Origin: Acidobacteriota bacterium
Lineage (GTDB): Bacteria > Acidobacteriota > CAIWXX01
DNA length: 64,000 bases
Assembly: GCA_040755995.1 (NCBI GenBank)
Contig: JBFMAF010000028.1
Span: 64,001 to 128,000 of the forward strand
Direction: 5' to 3'
The translations under genes and the position numbers were made by a program. Shown here one piece after another: positions 50,284 to 59,511 of this stretch. Under the pieces are notes generated by a model. The model worked only from the letters and a program-made list of their open reading frames with translations, was not told where the DNA came from and did not search any database. Positions within the stretch are counted from its first letter, which is position 1. Each line of letters starts with the position of its first letter.

Positions 50284-50404
50284 TGGGTACACGCACTGGT
50301 GCGCAGGCGCACTCGTCTGTGCTCCGGCAGGGAGGAGTAGCGGCCCGCGCCAGGATTCAATCCCCTGATATTGACACTGAGGGTTCCAGAGGCCATGCGT
50401 CAGG

Positions 50405-51388
50405 TCAGAGCTTCAGGGTCAGGGTCCGCACGGCTTCGGTGTTCATCTTTCCAAGGCCGCGATCCTGCGCGAGGCGCAAATACGGCAGCCGCGTGTGATC
50501 GAGGTTCCAGAAGGCTTTCGCCGCCCATGCGTCGGCCGCCACCGGATCGGTGCTCGCTATCAGCGTCTTTCGCAGGTCGACGTCCTTCGGGTTGCCGCCC
50601 TTGGGCCCATTCCGGAGCAATACGCGATAGGCATCTATGATCGTCAGCGCCGGCTGCATGGACTCTGCCAGGTCCACGACCTTCTCCTGGATGCCCATGT
50701 GCACTCGAAAGCGCCAACCGCCCAGAATTCCGAGCCAGTTCTTCATCCCGAGTGTGACGCCCGTCAAGCTGTGGTGCTTTGCTATCGGAACGTTGATGAC
50801 CTTGTCCGCCATGATGAACGGCTCCAGCACCGGCCAGACTCCAAGTGCCTCCCCCTTGAGCCGCACCTTCCTGAACAACCGCGACTCGGGCAGCACGACC
50901 TCGGCTCCGGCGGCGTGCGCAGCGACACCGATCCCGCTGCGATAGAAGCAGTCCTCCGCGTCGTCGCAGCTCACGTCGGTCACGATCACCTTCTTCGCCC
51001 CCGCGTCCATGCACATGCGGACGACTTCTGCGACCAGGTCCGGATTGGTGTTCGCCGCCTGTTCCGGTGTCCGATTCCATCCGATGTTGGGCTTCACCAC
51101 GACGACATCGCCACGCGACACGAATCGAGCGATGCCACCCAGCTCATCGAGCGCGCGGCGCACAAGTGCGCGCGGGTCGTCGCCGTGCGCCACGATCAAC
51201 TCTGGCAACCCGGGATCGGCAGCCACTCCAGAGCTGCGATCCAGCGCCATGACTCGCGACTCGTCGGCGCTGCGGCAGCGGCCCGTCATGCAGGCTGCAG
51301 CGGCGGCGCCGGCCGCGCTCAGGCTCCCCAGCCGCAGCGTCTCATGCAGAAACTCGCGACGCTGCATGGGTCGAGATTCTGATCTCAT
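50405..51388 (-). CDS. DUF362-family protein with Tat-like signal
   Basis: RREFL, VVVKPNIGW...ANTNP, INVPIAKHH...TLGMKNWLG, STDPVAADA; GGAGG RBS. Confidence 0.85.
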   Translation of the reverse strand: MRSESRPMQRREFLHETLRLGSLSAAGAAAAACMTGRCRSADESRVMALDRSSGVAADPGLPELIVAHGDDPRALVRRALDELGGIARFVSRGDVVVVKPNIGWNRTPEQAANTNPDLVAEVVRMCMDAGAKKVIVTDVSCDDAEDCFYRSGIGVAAHAAGAEVVLPESRLFRKVRLKGEALGVWPVLEPFIMADKVINVPIAKHHSLTGVTLGMKNWLGILGGWRFRVHMGIQEKVVDLAESMQPALTIIDAYRVLLRNGPKGGNPKDVDLRKTLIASTDPVAADAWAAKAFWNLDHTRLPYLRLAQDRGLGKMNTEAVRTLTLKL

Positions 51389-51515
51389 CGTGGTCCTCCG
51401 CAAGCGTGCGATCCGACTTCGGCCGTCGAGCATCGGCTCCGACGCGCGCCGTCGAGGCTCGCGTCGACTCCCGGTCGCGACCGCCCGCGCTTCGCTCCCC
51501 CAAGCCCCGCCAAAA

Positions 51516-51545
51516 TTGACATCATGCGTAGCATTCTATTATATT
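51516..51545 (+). promoter_or_regulatory. Putative promoter of the secretion-system operon
   Basis: TTGACA followed by AT-rich TATTATATT (spacing 15 or 18 nt). Confidence 0.5.
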
Positions 51546-51580
51546 CGTCGAGGAAGGGTTGCCCCCTAGATGTATTCAGA

Positions 51581-52546
51581 ATGAGCCTCTACAAGAGCCT
51601 CTATTTCATGTCGCTGGTCGGCTTCATGGCCGGTCTCTTCTCCTGGGCGCTGACCTTCATCCTTTCCGCCGTCATCCCCTACCAGGACAGGGTATGGGTC
51701 GCAGATCTCATATCGGCCGCACTCTTGGGAGGATTCATCGGCGGGCTCACCGTCGGCTACTCCGACCACTGGTCCGGCAACCGTGTCCTGGCCAGGTGGG
51801 TTATCACGGGCACGCTGATTGGACTCCTGGCGGGCGGCCTGGCCGGTGTCATCCAGATCCCGATCACGGAGCGCCTGGCGCTCCAGGCGCCCATCCTCAC
51901 GCGCCTCATCGCGTGGATGCTGGCAGGATCGCTCATCGGTCTGGGGCTGGGCCTGCGCTGGGTGGCTGTGAATCCGCTGCGCGCCGCGCACGCATTCGCA
52001 GGCGGCCTGGTGGGCGGCGCGGTCGGAGGCTACCTGTTTGCCGCGCTGGGCGCCCGCATCCCCGATTTGTCTCAGGCGCTCGGCTTCGTCTTGACCGGTG
52101 TAGGCATCTGCTTCGGCGTCACACTCGCTCCGATCCTCGTCCGCGACGGCCTCCTCCAGTTCATCAGCAGCGGGGACGCGCGGGCGCAGAGCAAGTTCGG
52201 GCGCTCGCGGAAAGAATGGGAGCTGCAGGACGGCGATTCCTACATGATCGGCAGCCAGTCCATCGATTCCTCGGCGACGCGATACCGGCCGGAGATCGAG
52301 ATCTTCGTGCCGGACGCAGCCATCGCCCCCCGCCACGCGACGCTCTTCGGCCGGGGCGGCCGGTTCTACCTGGCGCGGCACCCCGAAGCAGCGGGCCAGG
52401 CCGGCATCGCCCGCTACGTGTTGAAGGTGCGAGGCAAGACGGTGACCGCGAGCCAGGAGCTGTACCACTCCGACGATATCCTGATCGGCCGCACGGCACT
52501 TCGTTTCGTGGCCCGGAGCAAGACCCGGCAGACGAGAGAAGCATGA
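51581..52546 (+). CDS. Multi-pass membrane protein with C-terminal FHA-like domain
   Basis: About 6 Gly-rich TM helices, then YMIGS...DAAIAPRHA...LYHSDDILIGRTALRF. Confidence 0.75.
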   Translation: MSLYKSLYFMSLVGFMAGLFSWALTFILSAVIPYQDRVWVADLISAALLGGFIGGLTVGYSDHWSGNRVLARWVITGTLIGLLAGGLAGVIQIPITERLALQAPILTRLIAWMLAGSLIGLGLGLRWVAVNPLRAAHAFAGGLVGGAVGGYLFAALGARIPDLSQALGFVLTGVGICFGVTLAPILVRDGLLQFISSGDARAQSKFGRSRKEWELQDGDSYMIGSQSIDSSATRYRPEIEIFVPDAAIAPRHATLFGRGGRFYLARHPEAAGQAGIARYVLKVRGKTVTASQELYHSDDILIGRTALRFVARSKTRQTREA

Positions 52547-54066
52547 TGATCTCGGATTTCGGATTTCGAGTTTCGGATTTTCGGACCGCGCCGTCTGACA
52601 TCCGAGACTCCCGGCCCGAGCTTCCCAGTCGCGCATCGAATCGCGCGGAGATCTGCCTGCTGACTGCGGTCGCGCTTCTCTCGGGATCCCTGTTGCGCGC
52701 GGAGACGCGCCTGGAGTTCGCCGACCATGTGAGGATGGTAAGCTGCGAGCCGGCCTCCAGAGTGCCATGTTTCCGGCTCAAGGCGAGCCTCGTAGACGCT
52801 CAGGGGACGCCCGTGGCCGCGGAGGTGCCCGCCGGCAGCGACGTGGTCCAGTACCTGACCGTTCGTTTCAACGGGCAGGAGTATGCTCCGTTCTATGCGA
52901 CGACCGGGAGTGGTGAGGGAACCGGCGAAGTCCGCCGGCGTATGGCGCTCATTCTCATGGACGTGAGCGGGAGCATGAGGGAGGTCTTGCCGGGGGGACA
53001 GACCAGGTTCGCAGCTGCAAGATCCGCGGCCGCCGAGTTCCTCCGCAACTTCGAGAGCGGTGTCGACCGGGTCGCCGTCGTGCCGTTCGGGAGCCGCAAC
53101 GTGATATCGACGATCCGATCTGCCCGCTTCGCGACAACGTCGGATGAAGCGCTGCGGCAGATCCAATCGCTTCCGGACCCGCTGCCGACGAGCAACACGG
53201 CGTTGTATTCGGCGGTCGCCACGGGGATCGACGTTCTCATCGAACAGGGGCGCGTCCCGTCGAGCTCAACCGAGGCCGTTCTCGTGGTAATGACCGACGG
53301 CAAGAATTTCGTGCGGCAGGGCGATGACGACCCCGGGCTCCTGGAGGGACCGGCCGGCCTGCAGCAGGTCGCCGAGAAGGTGCGGGCCATGGGCATCCAG
53401 GTGCTGGCCATCGGCCTCGGAGACCACCTCACGATCGACCAAGCAGCAATGCGCCAGATCAGTACGAAACTCTATATGGTGCAGGATATCGACGCCTTGA
53501 AGCATGCCTTCTTCGTGGCCCGCGGACTGTTCATCAACCGCATACAGGCCACCGTCGCCTCTCCGTGGGAGGACCGGGCATCGCTCGCCGGCAAGTCTCT
53601 CCGAATCCAGCTCGTGATGCGCCTGCCCGGCGGGCAGCAGATCGAGACACCGGAGACCGTCTGGTCTGCGCCGCAGATAGGGCTTCCGATCTACGAGGGG
53701 AACTGCGACTCGGCCGAGATGAAAGCGTTCCTCGACGTCCACAAGGCGTCGTCCGCCGCTGAGTGGTTGCCGCTGGTGAGGCCGATCCTGGTCTTCCTTG
53801 CGCTGGGTACCATCCTGCTGATCCTCTGGTTCTGGATCCCGCGGCTCGTCTGGGCCGACCAGTATGTCGGGGATCTGCGCGCGATTCACGGAGGAGCCCG
53901 GTGGCAGGGAGAGGGTGCTGGTTCGCGCCAGGAGCGGATGCCGGGGCGTCCGGCGCCTCCGGGATTCGACAAGGCCGGGGGGGCTCGGCCGCCGCTTAAG
54001 CGAGACCCTGGAGATCTGACGATCAGAGGAAGGATCGGGCAGATCAAAGACGATAGACGAGACTAA
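52543..54066 (+). CDS. Membrane-anchored VWA-domain protein
   Basis: MIDAS DVSGS, NTALYSA, VMTDG; C-terminal TM helix and Pro/Arg tail; ATGA-coupled to the upstream gene. Start uncertain. Confidence 0.85.
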   Translation: MMISDFGFRVSDFRTAPSDIRDSRPELPSRASNRAEICLLTAVALLSGSLLRAETRLEFADHVRMVSCEPASRVPCFRLKASLVDAQGTPVAAEVPAGSDVVQYLTVRFNGQEYAPFYATTGSGEGTGEVRRRMALILMDVSGSMREVLPGGQTRFAAARSAAAEFLRNFESGVDRVAVVPFGSRNVISTIRSARFATTSDEALRQIQSLPDPLPTSNTALYSAVATGIDVLIEQGRVPSSSTEAVLVVMTDGKNFVRQGDDDPGLLEGPAGLQQVAEKVRAMGIQVLAIGLGDHLTIDQAAMRQISTKLYMVQDIDALKHAFFVARGLFINRIQATVASPWEDRASLAGKSLRIQLVMRLPGGQQIETPETVWSAPQIGLPIYEGNCDSAEMKAFLDVHKASSAAEWLPLVRPILVFLALGTILLILWFWIPRLVWADQYVGDLRAIHGGARWQGEGAGSRQERMPGRPAPPGFDKAGGARPPLKRDPGDLTIRGRIGQIKDDRRD

Positions 54067-54105
54067 CGCAGCTAGCCGGCTCCGCCGGCGGGAGGTTGGA
54101 AGAAT

Positions 54106-54609
54106 ATGCCGCTAGTGAAAGTGATTCGCAAAGGGGTGACCCCCGCGATCCGCAAGGTTCCCACGTCTACGACCGCGGCCGTCATGCCGATGACTCTGGA
54201 CCGCGTCGGCAAGGAGGTCGCTTCCGAGAACGAGGAAGCCACCAAGGTCGAGTCGGCTCAGGACGCGTTCGAGAAGTTCAAGCCGGCGCTGGATTTCAAG
54301 GCGCGAGCGGGCGAGGAGGAGACGGAGTTCCGAGCTGAGTTTCGTTTTCGGAGCATCAAGGATTTCGATCCTGAGAACCTGCAGAAGCGCCAGGAGATCA
54401 AGAACGCGGACGGCACGGTGGACGTACTCCGCAACGACATCGCGGACCTCAAGAACGGGATCGATCTGCTGTACCGTCTCAAGGACCGCTGGAAGCTTCC
54501 CGCAGTGCGCCGGGCATGGGGCGCGGAGAACCAGCGCAAGGAGATTATCAACGCCCTGGGGCGGCTTCGTGGCGAGCTCGAAAAGGTCGCCGGGAGGGGA
54601 GGTAAGTGA
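54106..54609 (+). CDS. tssB: Contractile sheath small subunit, Bacteroidota-type TssB-like
   Basis: DAFEKFKPAL...EFRFRSIKDFDPENL; directly upstream of and coupled to the large sheath subunit. Confidence 0.75.
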   Translation: MPLVKVIRKGVTPAIRKVPTSTTAAVMPMTLDRVGKEVASENEEATKVESAQDAFEKFKPALDFKARAGEEETEFRAEFRFRSIKDFDPENLQKRQEIKNADGTVDVLRNDIADLKNGIDLLYRLKDRWKLPAVRRAWGAENQRKEIINALGRLRGELEKVAGRGGK

Positions 54610-55955
54610 TGCCGGAAGAGGTTGCAACCAAGACCAGGACGACGGGGGAGATTCTTGGAGAGAGTGCAGCACGCGAGCTGCTGCAGGACATCTTCGCCGA
54701 CCTGCACCCGGGCCTGATCGACGAGACGCGTGACATCGCCAGCATCTTCACGCCTCAGTCGGCCGGCGAATTCCTCACGCAGCTCACGAACCTGGAGCAT
54801 CTCCTCAGCGACACCGACACCTATGAAGACACGGTGAAGAAGATTCAGTCTCAGATCGACAAGGGCGAGAAGACCCGGGATGAGCTGTTGGCGCAGATTT
54901 TCCAGAAGATCCGGCCGCTGGAGAAGAGCTATCGCCAGCTGATGATGTTCTTCGAGAACTCGAAGGTGCCGGACGGAAAGGTGCGCAAGCCGGTCGAGTG
55001 CTACGTGCTCAACGCCGACACCAAGGCGATGACCGACGTGTTCGGAATGAACATTGCCGCCCTCGAGAACTTCGTGCGCAAGCGGAACGACAACTTCAAT
55101 TTCCGCGACGACATCTGCAATCTGGTCATCCCCGGCTACGTGCCGCAGACGGTGCGCGAGAAGCTCGAAGACCTCGCCAACGCCTGGGGCATGCTCCTGA
55201 TCACCGACATCGACGACGAGAAGTCGTTCAAGAATGTCGAGCGGAACTTCCTGCCCGGCGGCAAGTATGAGTTCATGAAGCGTCCCGAAGACCGAGCGGC
55301 CGCGGATGTGGTCACGATGGGATACCTGCAGCTCAGGTCGGCGCACTGGTTCGAGAAGCAGGTCGAGGGTGGTGATGACCTCTACGGCCCGCCATCGGTG
55401 GTGTTCGCCGGGGCGCTCGCTCGCGCCGACGATCAGCAGGGGCTGGCCCAGGGGCCGATAGGGTCGCGTTTCGGGCAGATCTCCGGCGCGGAGAATTGCC
55501 GCGTCGAGCCGCTCATCGGCGAGATGGAGCACCTCAGTATGGAGCGCCAGCTCATCCCGATCATCCGCGACGCCGACAATCATCTATGCTTCTTCGGATG
55601 CCGGACGCAGGCCGAAGATCCATACGGCGTCCTGAAGTTCTTCACCTCCTACAGGATCCTGCGATTCCTGGAACGCTGCTGCAGGCATTATCTGCTGCAG
55701 GTCGCCGGACAGGTGCTCACACGGGAGTTCATGGAGGAGAACATCGAGAAGCCGCTGCGGCGCCTGCTCAATGAACAGCTCGAGCAGGGCACTATCAGCG
55801 GGTTCGAGCTGACCGTCGACAAGGATTCGCAGAAGCGCATGCAGGGCATCTGTGACATCACGCTGACCGTCATGCCAACCGGGCCCGCCGAGACGTTCGT
55901 CCTGAAGATCGACGTACCCGAGTTTTCCAAGGGAGGCGACGCGGCAAAAAAGTAG
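54609..55955 (+). CDS. tssC: Contractile sheath large subunit, DUF5458/T6SS-iii TssC-like
   Basis: RPLEKSYRQLMMFFEN, NLVIPGY, LLITD, PPSVVFAG, and a phage-sheath-like C-terminus. Confidence 0.8.
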   Translation: MPEEVATKTRTTGEILGESAARELLQDIFADLHPGLIDETRDIASIFTPQSAGEFLTQLTNLEHLLSDTDTYEDTVKKIQSQIDKGEKTRDELLAQIFQKIRPLEKSYRQLMMFFENSKVPDGKVRKPVECYVLNADTKAMTDVFGMNIAALENFVRKRNDNFNFRDDICNLVIPGYVPQTVREKLEDLANAWGMLLITDIDDEKSFKNVERNFLPGGKYEFMKRPEDRAAADVVTMGYLQLRSAHWFEKQVEGGDDLYGPPSVVFAGALARADDQQGLAQGPIGSRFGQISGAENCRVEPLIGEMEHLSMERQLIPIIRDADNHLCFFGCRTQAEDPYGVLKFFTSYRILRFLERCCRHYLLQVAGQVLTREFMEENIEKPLRRLLNEQLEQGTISGFELTVDKDSQKRMQGICDITLTVMPTGPAETFVLKIDVPEFSKGGDAAKK

Positions 55956-55972
55956 CCCAGCCGCGGACGGGA

Positions 55973-56491
55973 ATGACCAAGCCATCGCACGGACCAATTG
56001 ACGTCCGAATGACACGCTCGATCGGGAAAGAGCGCCGGCAGCCGTCTGCCCGCGAGGAGGCCGACGACGGGATCGGAGATCGCAAGCCGGAGCCGTTCCG
56101 GGCATCGCTGGGCGTGAAGGTAGCGGGCGCGGTCGGGCAGAAGTTCGAGTTTCGGGCGAGGCCTGACCGTGCCGGTGAACTGCTGCCAGACGGTGCGGCA
56201 GGGGACAGCGCCGAGGCGGCAGCCGAAGAGAGGCGCCACCAGGAGCGATTCGACCCGAAGCTGGGCGTCAAGGCGGCCGGCGCGGTGGGGCAGAAGTTCC
56301 AGTTCGCGGCGCGACCGACGGGGCCCGGAGAGCTGCTGCCCGCTGCAGAGGAGGTCAAACCCGAGCCAGCGATGCGAGCGACGACAGAGAATTCGACATC
56401 CGCCGAAGCTGCGCCGGCGCCCGCGCCCACACGCGGGGTATTCGGATCGATTCTGGGAGGCCTGGGCCGCCTGTTCCGCCGGCGACGCTAG
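55973..56491 (+). CDS. Hypothetical protein with internal duplication and amphipathic C-terminal helix
   Basis: Two copies of LGVKxAGAVGQKFxFxARPxxxGELLP spaced 51 aa apart; ends GVFGSILGGLGRLFRRRR. Confidence 0.65.
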   Translation: MTKPSHGPIDVRMTRSIGKERRQPSAREEADDGIGDRKPEPFRASLGVKVAGAVGQKFEFRARPDRAGELLPDGAAGDSAEAAAEERRHQERFDPKLGVKAAGAVGQKFQFAARPTGPGELLPAAEEVKPEPAMRATTENSTSAEAAPAPAPTRGVFGSILGGLGRLFRRRR

Positions 56492-56537
56492 AGGCCTCTA
56501 GGGTCAAGTCAACAGGAATCATTCAAGGAGGTTTAAC

Positions 56538-56999
56538 ATGGCCGCTCCGTACAGATCCACAGTGACGATCGATGGGGACAAGTTCGACGCCGTCTCCACG
56601 GGCGTTGCGTTCAACACACTCAAGGACAGGGCCGGCATGCCGGAGATGGGGAGTCTCACGACGTCCATCAAGGTCTTTGTCGATTTCCACGACGATCAGA
56701 ACATGCCGCATGCAACGCTGAAGAAGCTCTTCGATCTTGCGAACGTCGTCACGCGCGACAAGATCAAGGACATCAAGCTCGAGTTCTGGAAGGACGACGC
56801 CAAGCAGGACGCCCTGTGCAGCTATGCCTTCAAGGGCTGGATCAGCAAGTTCGAGACGTGCAACCCGATGCCGAGCAGTGCCGTGGGCTCCGGCGCCACC
56901 GATCTGTCGCCGTATTCCACGATCAACCACCTGCTCATCCTGGAGCTCGAACCGGTCCTCAACCAACAGAACTTCAAAGAGATCACGATGAGCAATTAG
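56538..56999 (+). CDS. tssD: Tube protein (Hcp/TssD-like)
   Basis: 153 aa, strong AAGGAGG RBS; YRSTVTIDGDKFD...DRAGMP and KDIKLEF...YAFKGWISKF resemble tail-tube/TssD patterns; lies between the sheath and gp25-like genes. Confidence 0.7.
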   Translation: MAAPYRSTVTIDGDKFDAVSTGVAFNTLKDRAGMPEMGSLTTSIKVFVDFHDDQNMPHATLKKLFDLANVVTRDKIKDIKLEFWKDDAKQDALCSYAFKGWISKFETCNPMPSSAVGSGATDLSPYSTINHLLILELEPVLNQQNFKEITMSN

Positions 57000-57097
57000 G
57001 TAGGGGCGAGCGGCGCTCGCCCTCGGCGCGAGTGCCGCGCGCGCTGCGGCGAGCAGCACCTCGTCCCTACATGGACGTGCAGGGGCGAGCGGCGCTC
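57000..57097. repeat. GTAG-type REP-like hairpin after the tube gene
   Basis: GTAGGGGCGAGCGGCGCTCGCC...GGCGAGCAGCACCTCGTCCCTAC inverted pair plus a second partial unit at 57079. Confidence 0.65.
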
Positions 57098-57186
57098 ATC
57101 CCGCATCGTGCAGCGCACCCTCCCAATCGATATCTTGACCTCACGCGAGTCCCCGCCCCCGGGGGATTGGACTGTGCAGTAGTCGT

Positions 57187-57546
57187 ATGCCGTTTGTCGA
57201 ATTCCCTCTCCGGCTCACTGGCGGATTCCTTCGCCGCACGGGAGAACCGGAGGCTGTCCTGGCGCTCATCGAGATCATGGGAAGAACGCCTCACGGCTCG
57301 TGGCGCGGCTCTGCGCATTTCGGTCTTCGGGACCTGCTGACTGACCCGAAGAGCCGGCAGGAGTTCGGATCGGTGGCGATGCAGCAGATCAACCTTGCAC
57401 TCGATGACATCGGCATCAAGGACTACAGGGTACAGAGCGTGCAGCGCGAACAGGCGACACGCGAGGGCTCGGAATCATACGCGATCACCCTCGCTTCGAC
57501 CCAAGAGAAAGACCGCCTGTACGCCACCAGGGTTGTGCGGAGCTGA
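57187..57546 (+). CDS. tssE: gp25/TssE-like baseplate protein
   Basis: 119 aa; LIEIMGRTPHGSW....FG pattern typical of GPW/gp25; gene order fits. Confidence 0.65.
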   Translation: MPFVEFPLRLTGGFLRRTGEPEAVLALIEIMGRTPHGSWRGSAHFGLRDLLTDPKSRQEFGSVAMQQINLALDDIGIKDYRVQSVQREQATREGSESYAITLASTQEKDRLYATRVVRS

Positions 57547-57595
57547 ATCGTGTTGCCGCAGGTACTCACGAGCAAGTGTCGGGTTGCGTGGAGCA

Positions 57596-57679
57596 GACGC
57601 GGGGACGCGGGGACGCGGATACGCGGAGAACCGCTCGGGGGACATTCACCGCGTCTCCCTGCCACCGCGTCTCCGTGTC
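57596..57679. repeat. Octamer tandem repeats (GACGCGGG-type) followed by inverted copies
   Basis: Same family as 22628/25338/27241, in both orientations. Confidence 0.6.
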
Positions 57680-57701
57680 TGGTTTCGCTGGCAGGTGTCT
57701 G

Positions 57702-59399
57702 ATGGCCTACGGTAAGACGACAGCGGCGGAAATCGACAAGAAACTGCGGGATGATTTCCGAAAACGACTACAGGACTATGGTGTATCTGCCGAGGCGACC
57801 GATCCCATGCTCGCCGTGCTCTTCCGCACGTTCGCGACGCAGCTCGATGGCCTGTACTCCGAGACGGAGCGGATTCGACTTGCGCTGCTCGACGAGCTGG
57901 TGGCGGGGCTGGGCATCGAGGGACGTGCGGCGCGGGCCGCTCAGACTGTGGTCCGCTTTCACAGCGCCTCCGGCACGCAATTCGTGGACGCGGGCACCGA
58001 GCTGATCGGCGAGGCGCAGTCCGGCGAGAGACTCACATTCGCCACCGACGCGGCCATAGCCGTGTCGCCGGCTTCGATCGCGCTGGCCGCCGTGTACCAG
58101 AACGGATCTCTGCAGCTTCTGTCCGCTGTGGAGATGTCCGAGGACATCCAGAACGCACGCCCGTCGCTGGATCCGGTCCGTGTCAATCTTGGGACGAATC
58201 CGGCGATCTTCCTTGCGATCGATGGTGTACCGGCGAATCACCTCGGCCAGCACGGCTTTTTCGTTCAGGTGAGCCCCTACGCCAGAGGGGTACAGCAGGC
58301 GCTGCGGCGTGAGACCTGGTGCCTTGCCGGATACGAGGGTGACTTCGGCGCGACTGGCATCCTGCGCCCTCACCGTGCCAGCGCCGGCGTCCAGATGCTG
58401 CGATGGCTGCTGGCCGATGCCGCGCGCGAAGAGAGCGAGGGCTCGGATACCGGGGCTCCGAAGCTCCCGGATGGCTTCTACGCCGGGCGGCTCTTCATTC
58501 TCCCCGTCGTCCCACCCGGCCGCCGCTTCCTCTGCCGCGCTCCACGGGGCATGGAGCCCGCGATGGGCACGATTTTTGGGCGGAACGCTCCGGCCGTCCT
58601 CGATCGCAAGCGCGCCTGGCTGCGCATCTCCATGCCGCGCGACGTGCCGGACCTTGCGACGGCGCTCACGGCCGTCTCGCTGCATGCGGTGAGCGCGTCC
58701 AACATCGAGTGCCTGAACCAGACGATCGCGTTCGAGAAGCATGGTACCAACATCCCCGTGAGCGTCGAGGCGGGGACGTCCAAGTACCTGGTGGCGCCTC
58801 TGTCGATTCTCGGCGAAGGCGGAGGGAGCTACCTGCCGGAGCTCGAACCCTCGTTCGACCCCGGCGCCGGTCGATACTCCATTCGGAACGGCCGCATACA
58901 CCTGCAGCCGGCCCAGCATCAGGATGGCCGCGTCGATGCATACGCCAATCTGCGCCTCTGGGTCACCAATGGCCCCGTAGGCAACGGGGTCGGTCCTGGC
59001 AAAGTCCAATCCTTCCTCAGAAGCGGCTCCTCCCCGGCACTCCGTCTCACCAATCCGACATCAGCCGCCGGAGGCACCGACGCCGAGACGTTCGCGCAGG
59101 CGCAGGCCCGGTTCGCCAGCGTGCTGCTTTCGAGGGAACGCATCGTGACTCGGGCCGACGTGACGGCGGCCGTACGCGCCTTCGACCGGAGAGTGCAGCA
59201 GGTGGATATCTCGTCCGGTTTGAAGCGAACAGAGCACGGGCTGGCTCGACTGCAGCGAGTCAAGGTCGGCCTCGCCCAGTCCGATTTCACTGATCCGGAG
59301 GCCGAATCGCGAATTCTGCGCGAGGAGATCGAGAGCTACTTGCAGCAGCGTTTCTTCTACGACATGGCGATCGAAGTCGAAACGGAGTGGGCAGTCTGA
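57702..59399 (+). CDS. tssF: Baseplate wedge subunit TssF/gpJ-like
   Basis: N-terminal DPMLAVLF...AAQTVV...AGTE; C-terminal TNG...AAGGTDAE...LLSRERIVTRADV. Confidence 0.78.
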   Translation: MAYGKTTAAEIDKKLRDDFRKRLQDYGVSAEATDPMLAVLFRTFATQLDGLYSETERIRLALLDELVAGLGIEGRAARAAQTVVRFHSASGTQFVDAGTELIGEAQSGERLTFATDAAIAVSPASIALAAVYQNGSLQLLSAVEMSEDIQNARPSLDPVRVNLGTNPAIFLAIDGVPANHLGQHGFFVQVSPYARGVQQALRRETWCLAGYEGDFGATGILRPHRASAGVQMLRWLLADAAREESEGSDTGAPKLPDGFYAGRLFILPVVPPGRRFLCRAPRGMEPAMGTIFGRNAPAVLDRKRAWLRISMPRDVPDLATALTAVSLHAVSASNIECLNQTIAFEKHGTNIPVSVEAGTSKYLVAPLSILGEGGGSYLPELEPSFDPGAGRYSIRNGRIHLQPAQHQDGRVDAYANLRLWVTNGPVGNGVGPGKVQSFLRSGSSPALRLTNPTSAAGGTDAETFAQAQARFASVLLSRERIVTRADVTAAVRAFDRRVQQVDISSGLKRTEHGLARLQRVKVGLAQSDFTDPEAESRILREEIESYLQQRFFYDMAIEVETEWAV

Positions 59400-59400
59400 G

Positions 59401-59437
59401 GTGCCGGTTGTCAGTTGCCAGTTGTCGGTTGTCAGTT
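59401..59437. repeat. Heptamer tandem repeat (GTTGTCA-type)
   Basis: GTTGTCA GTTGCCA GTTGTCG GTTGTCA; same family as 27157. Confidence 0.7.
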
Positions 59438-59511
59438 AAGGCCGGGCGGGCGGAACGCACGGAGCGTTGGCGCAGTGCGGGGGTCAACGTCTGCGACAGG
59501 GCACGGCTCCA

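Noticed and set aside
50354..50388. Solitary CRISPR-repeat-like sequence (GATTCAATCCCCTGA...GTTCCA) whose neighbour matches 49201-49212 upstream of the WYL gene, suggesting a regulatory mini-array
   Set aside because: The repeat hairpin is missing, the match lies in the non-seed part of the would-be spacer, and both sites are better explained as degenerate REP-like units.
51559..52542. N-terminal extension of the 835-aa VWA ORF
   Set aside because: It overlaps the FHA-membrane gene in another frame and translates as Arg/Pro-rich noise; the start is placed at 52543.
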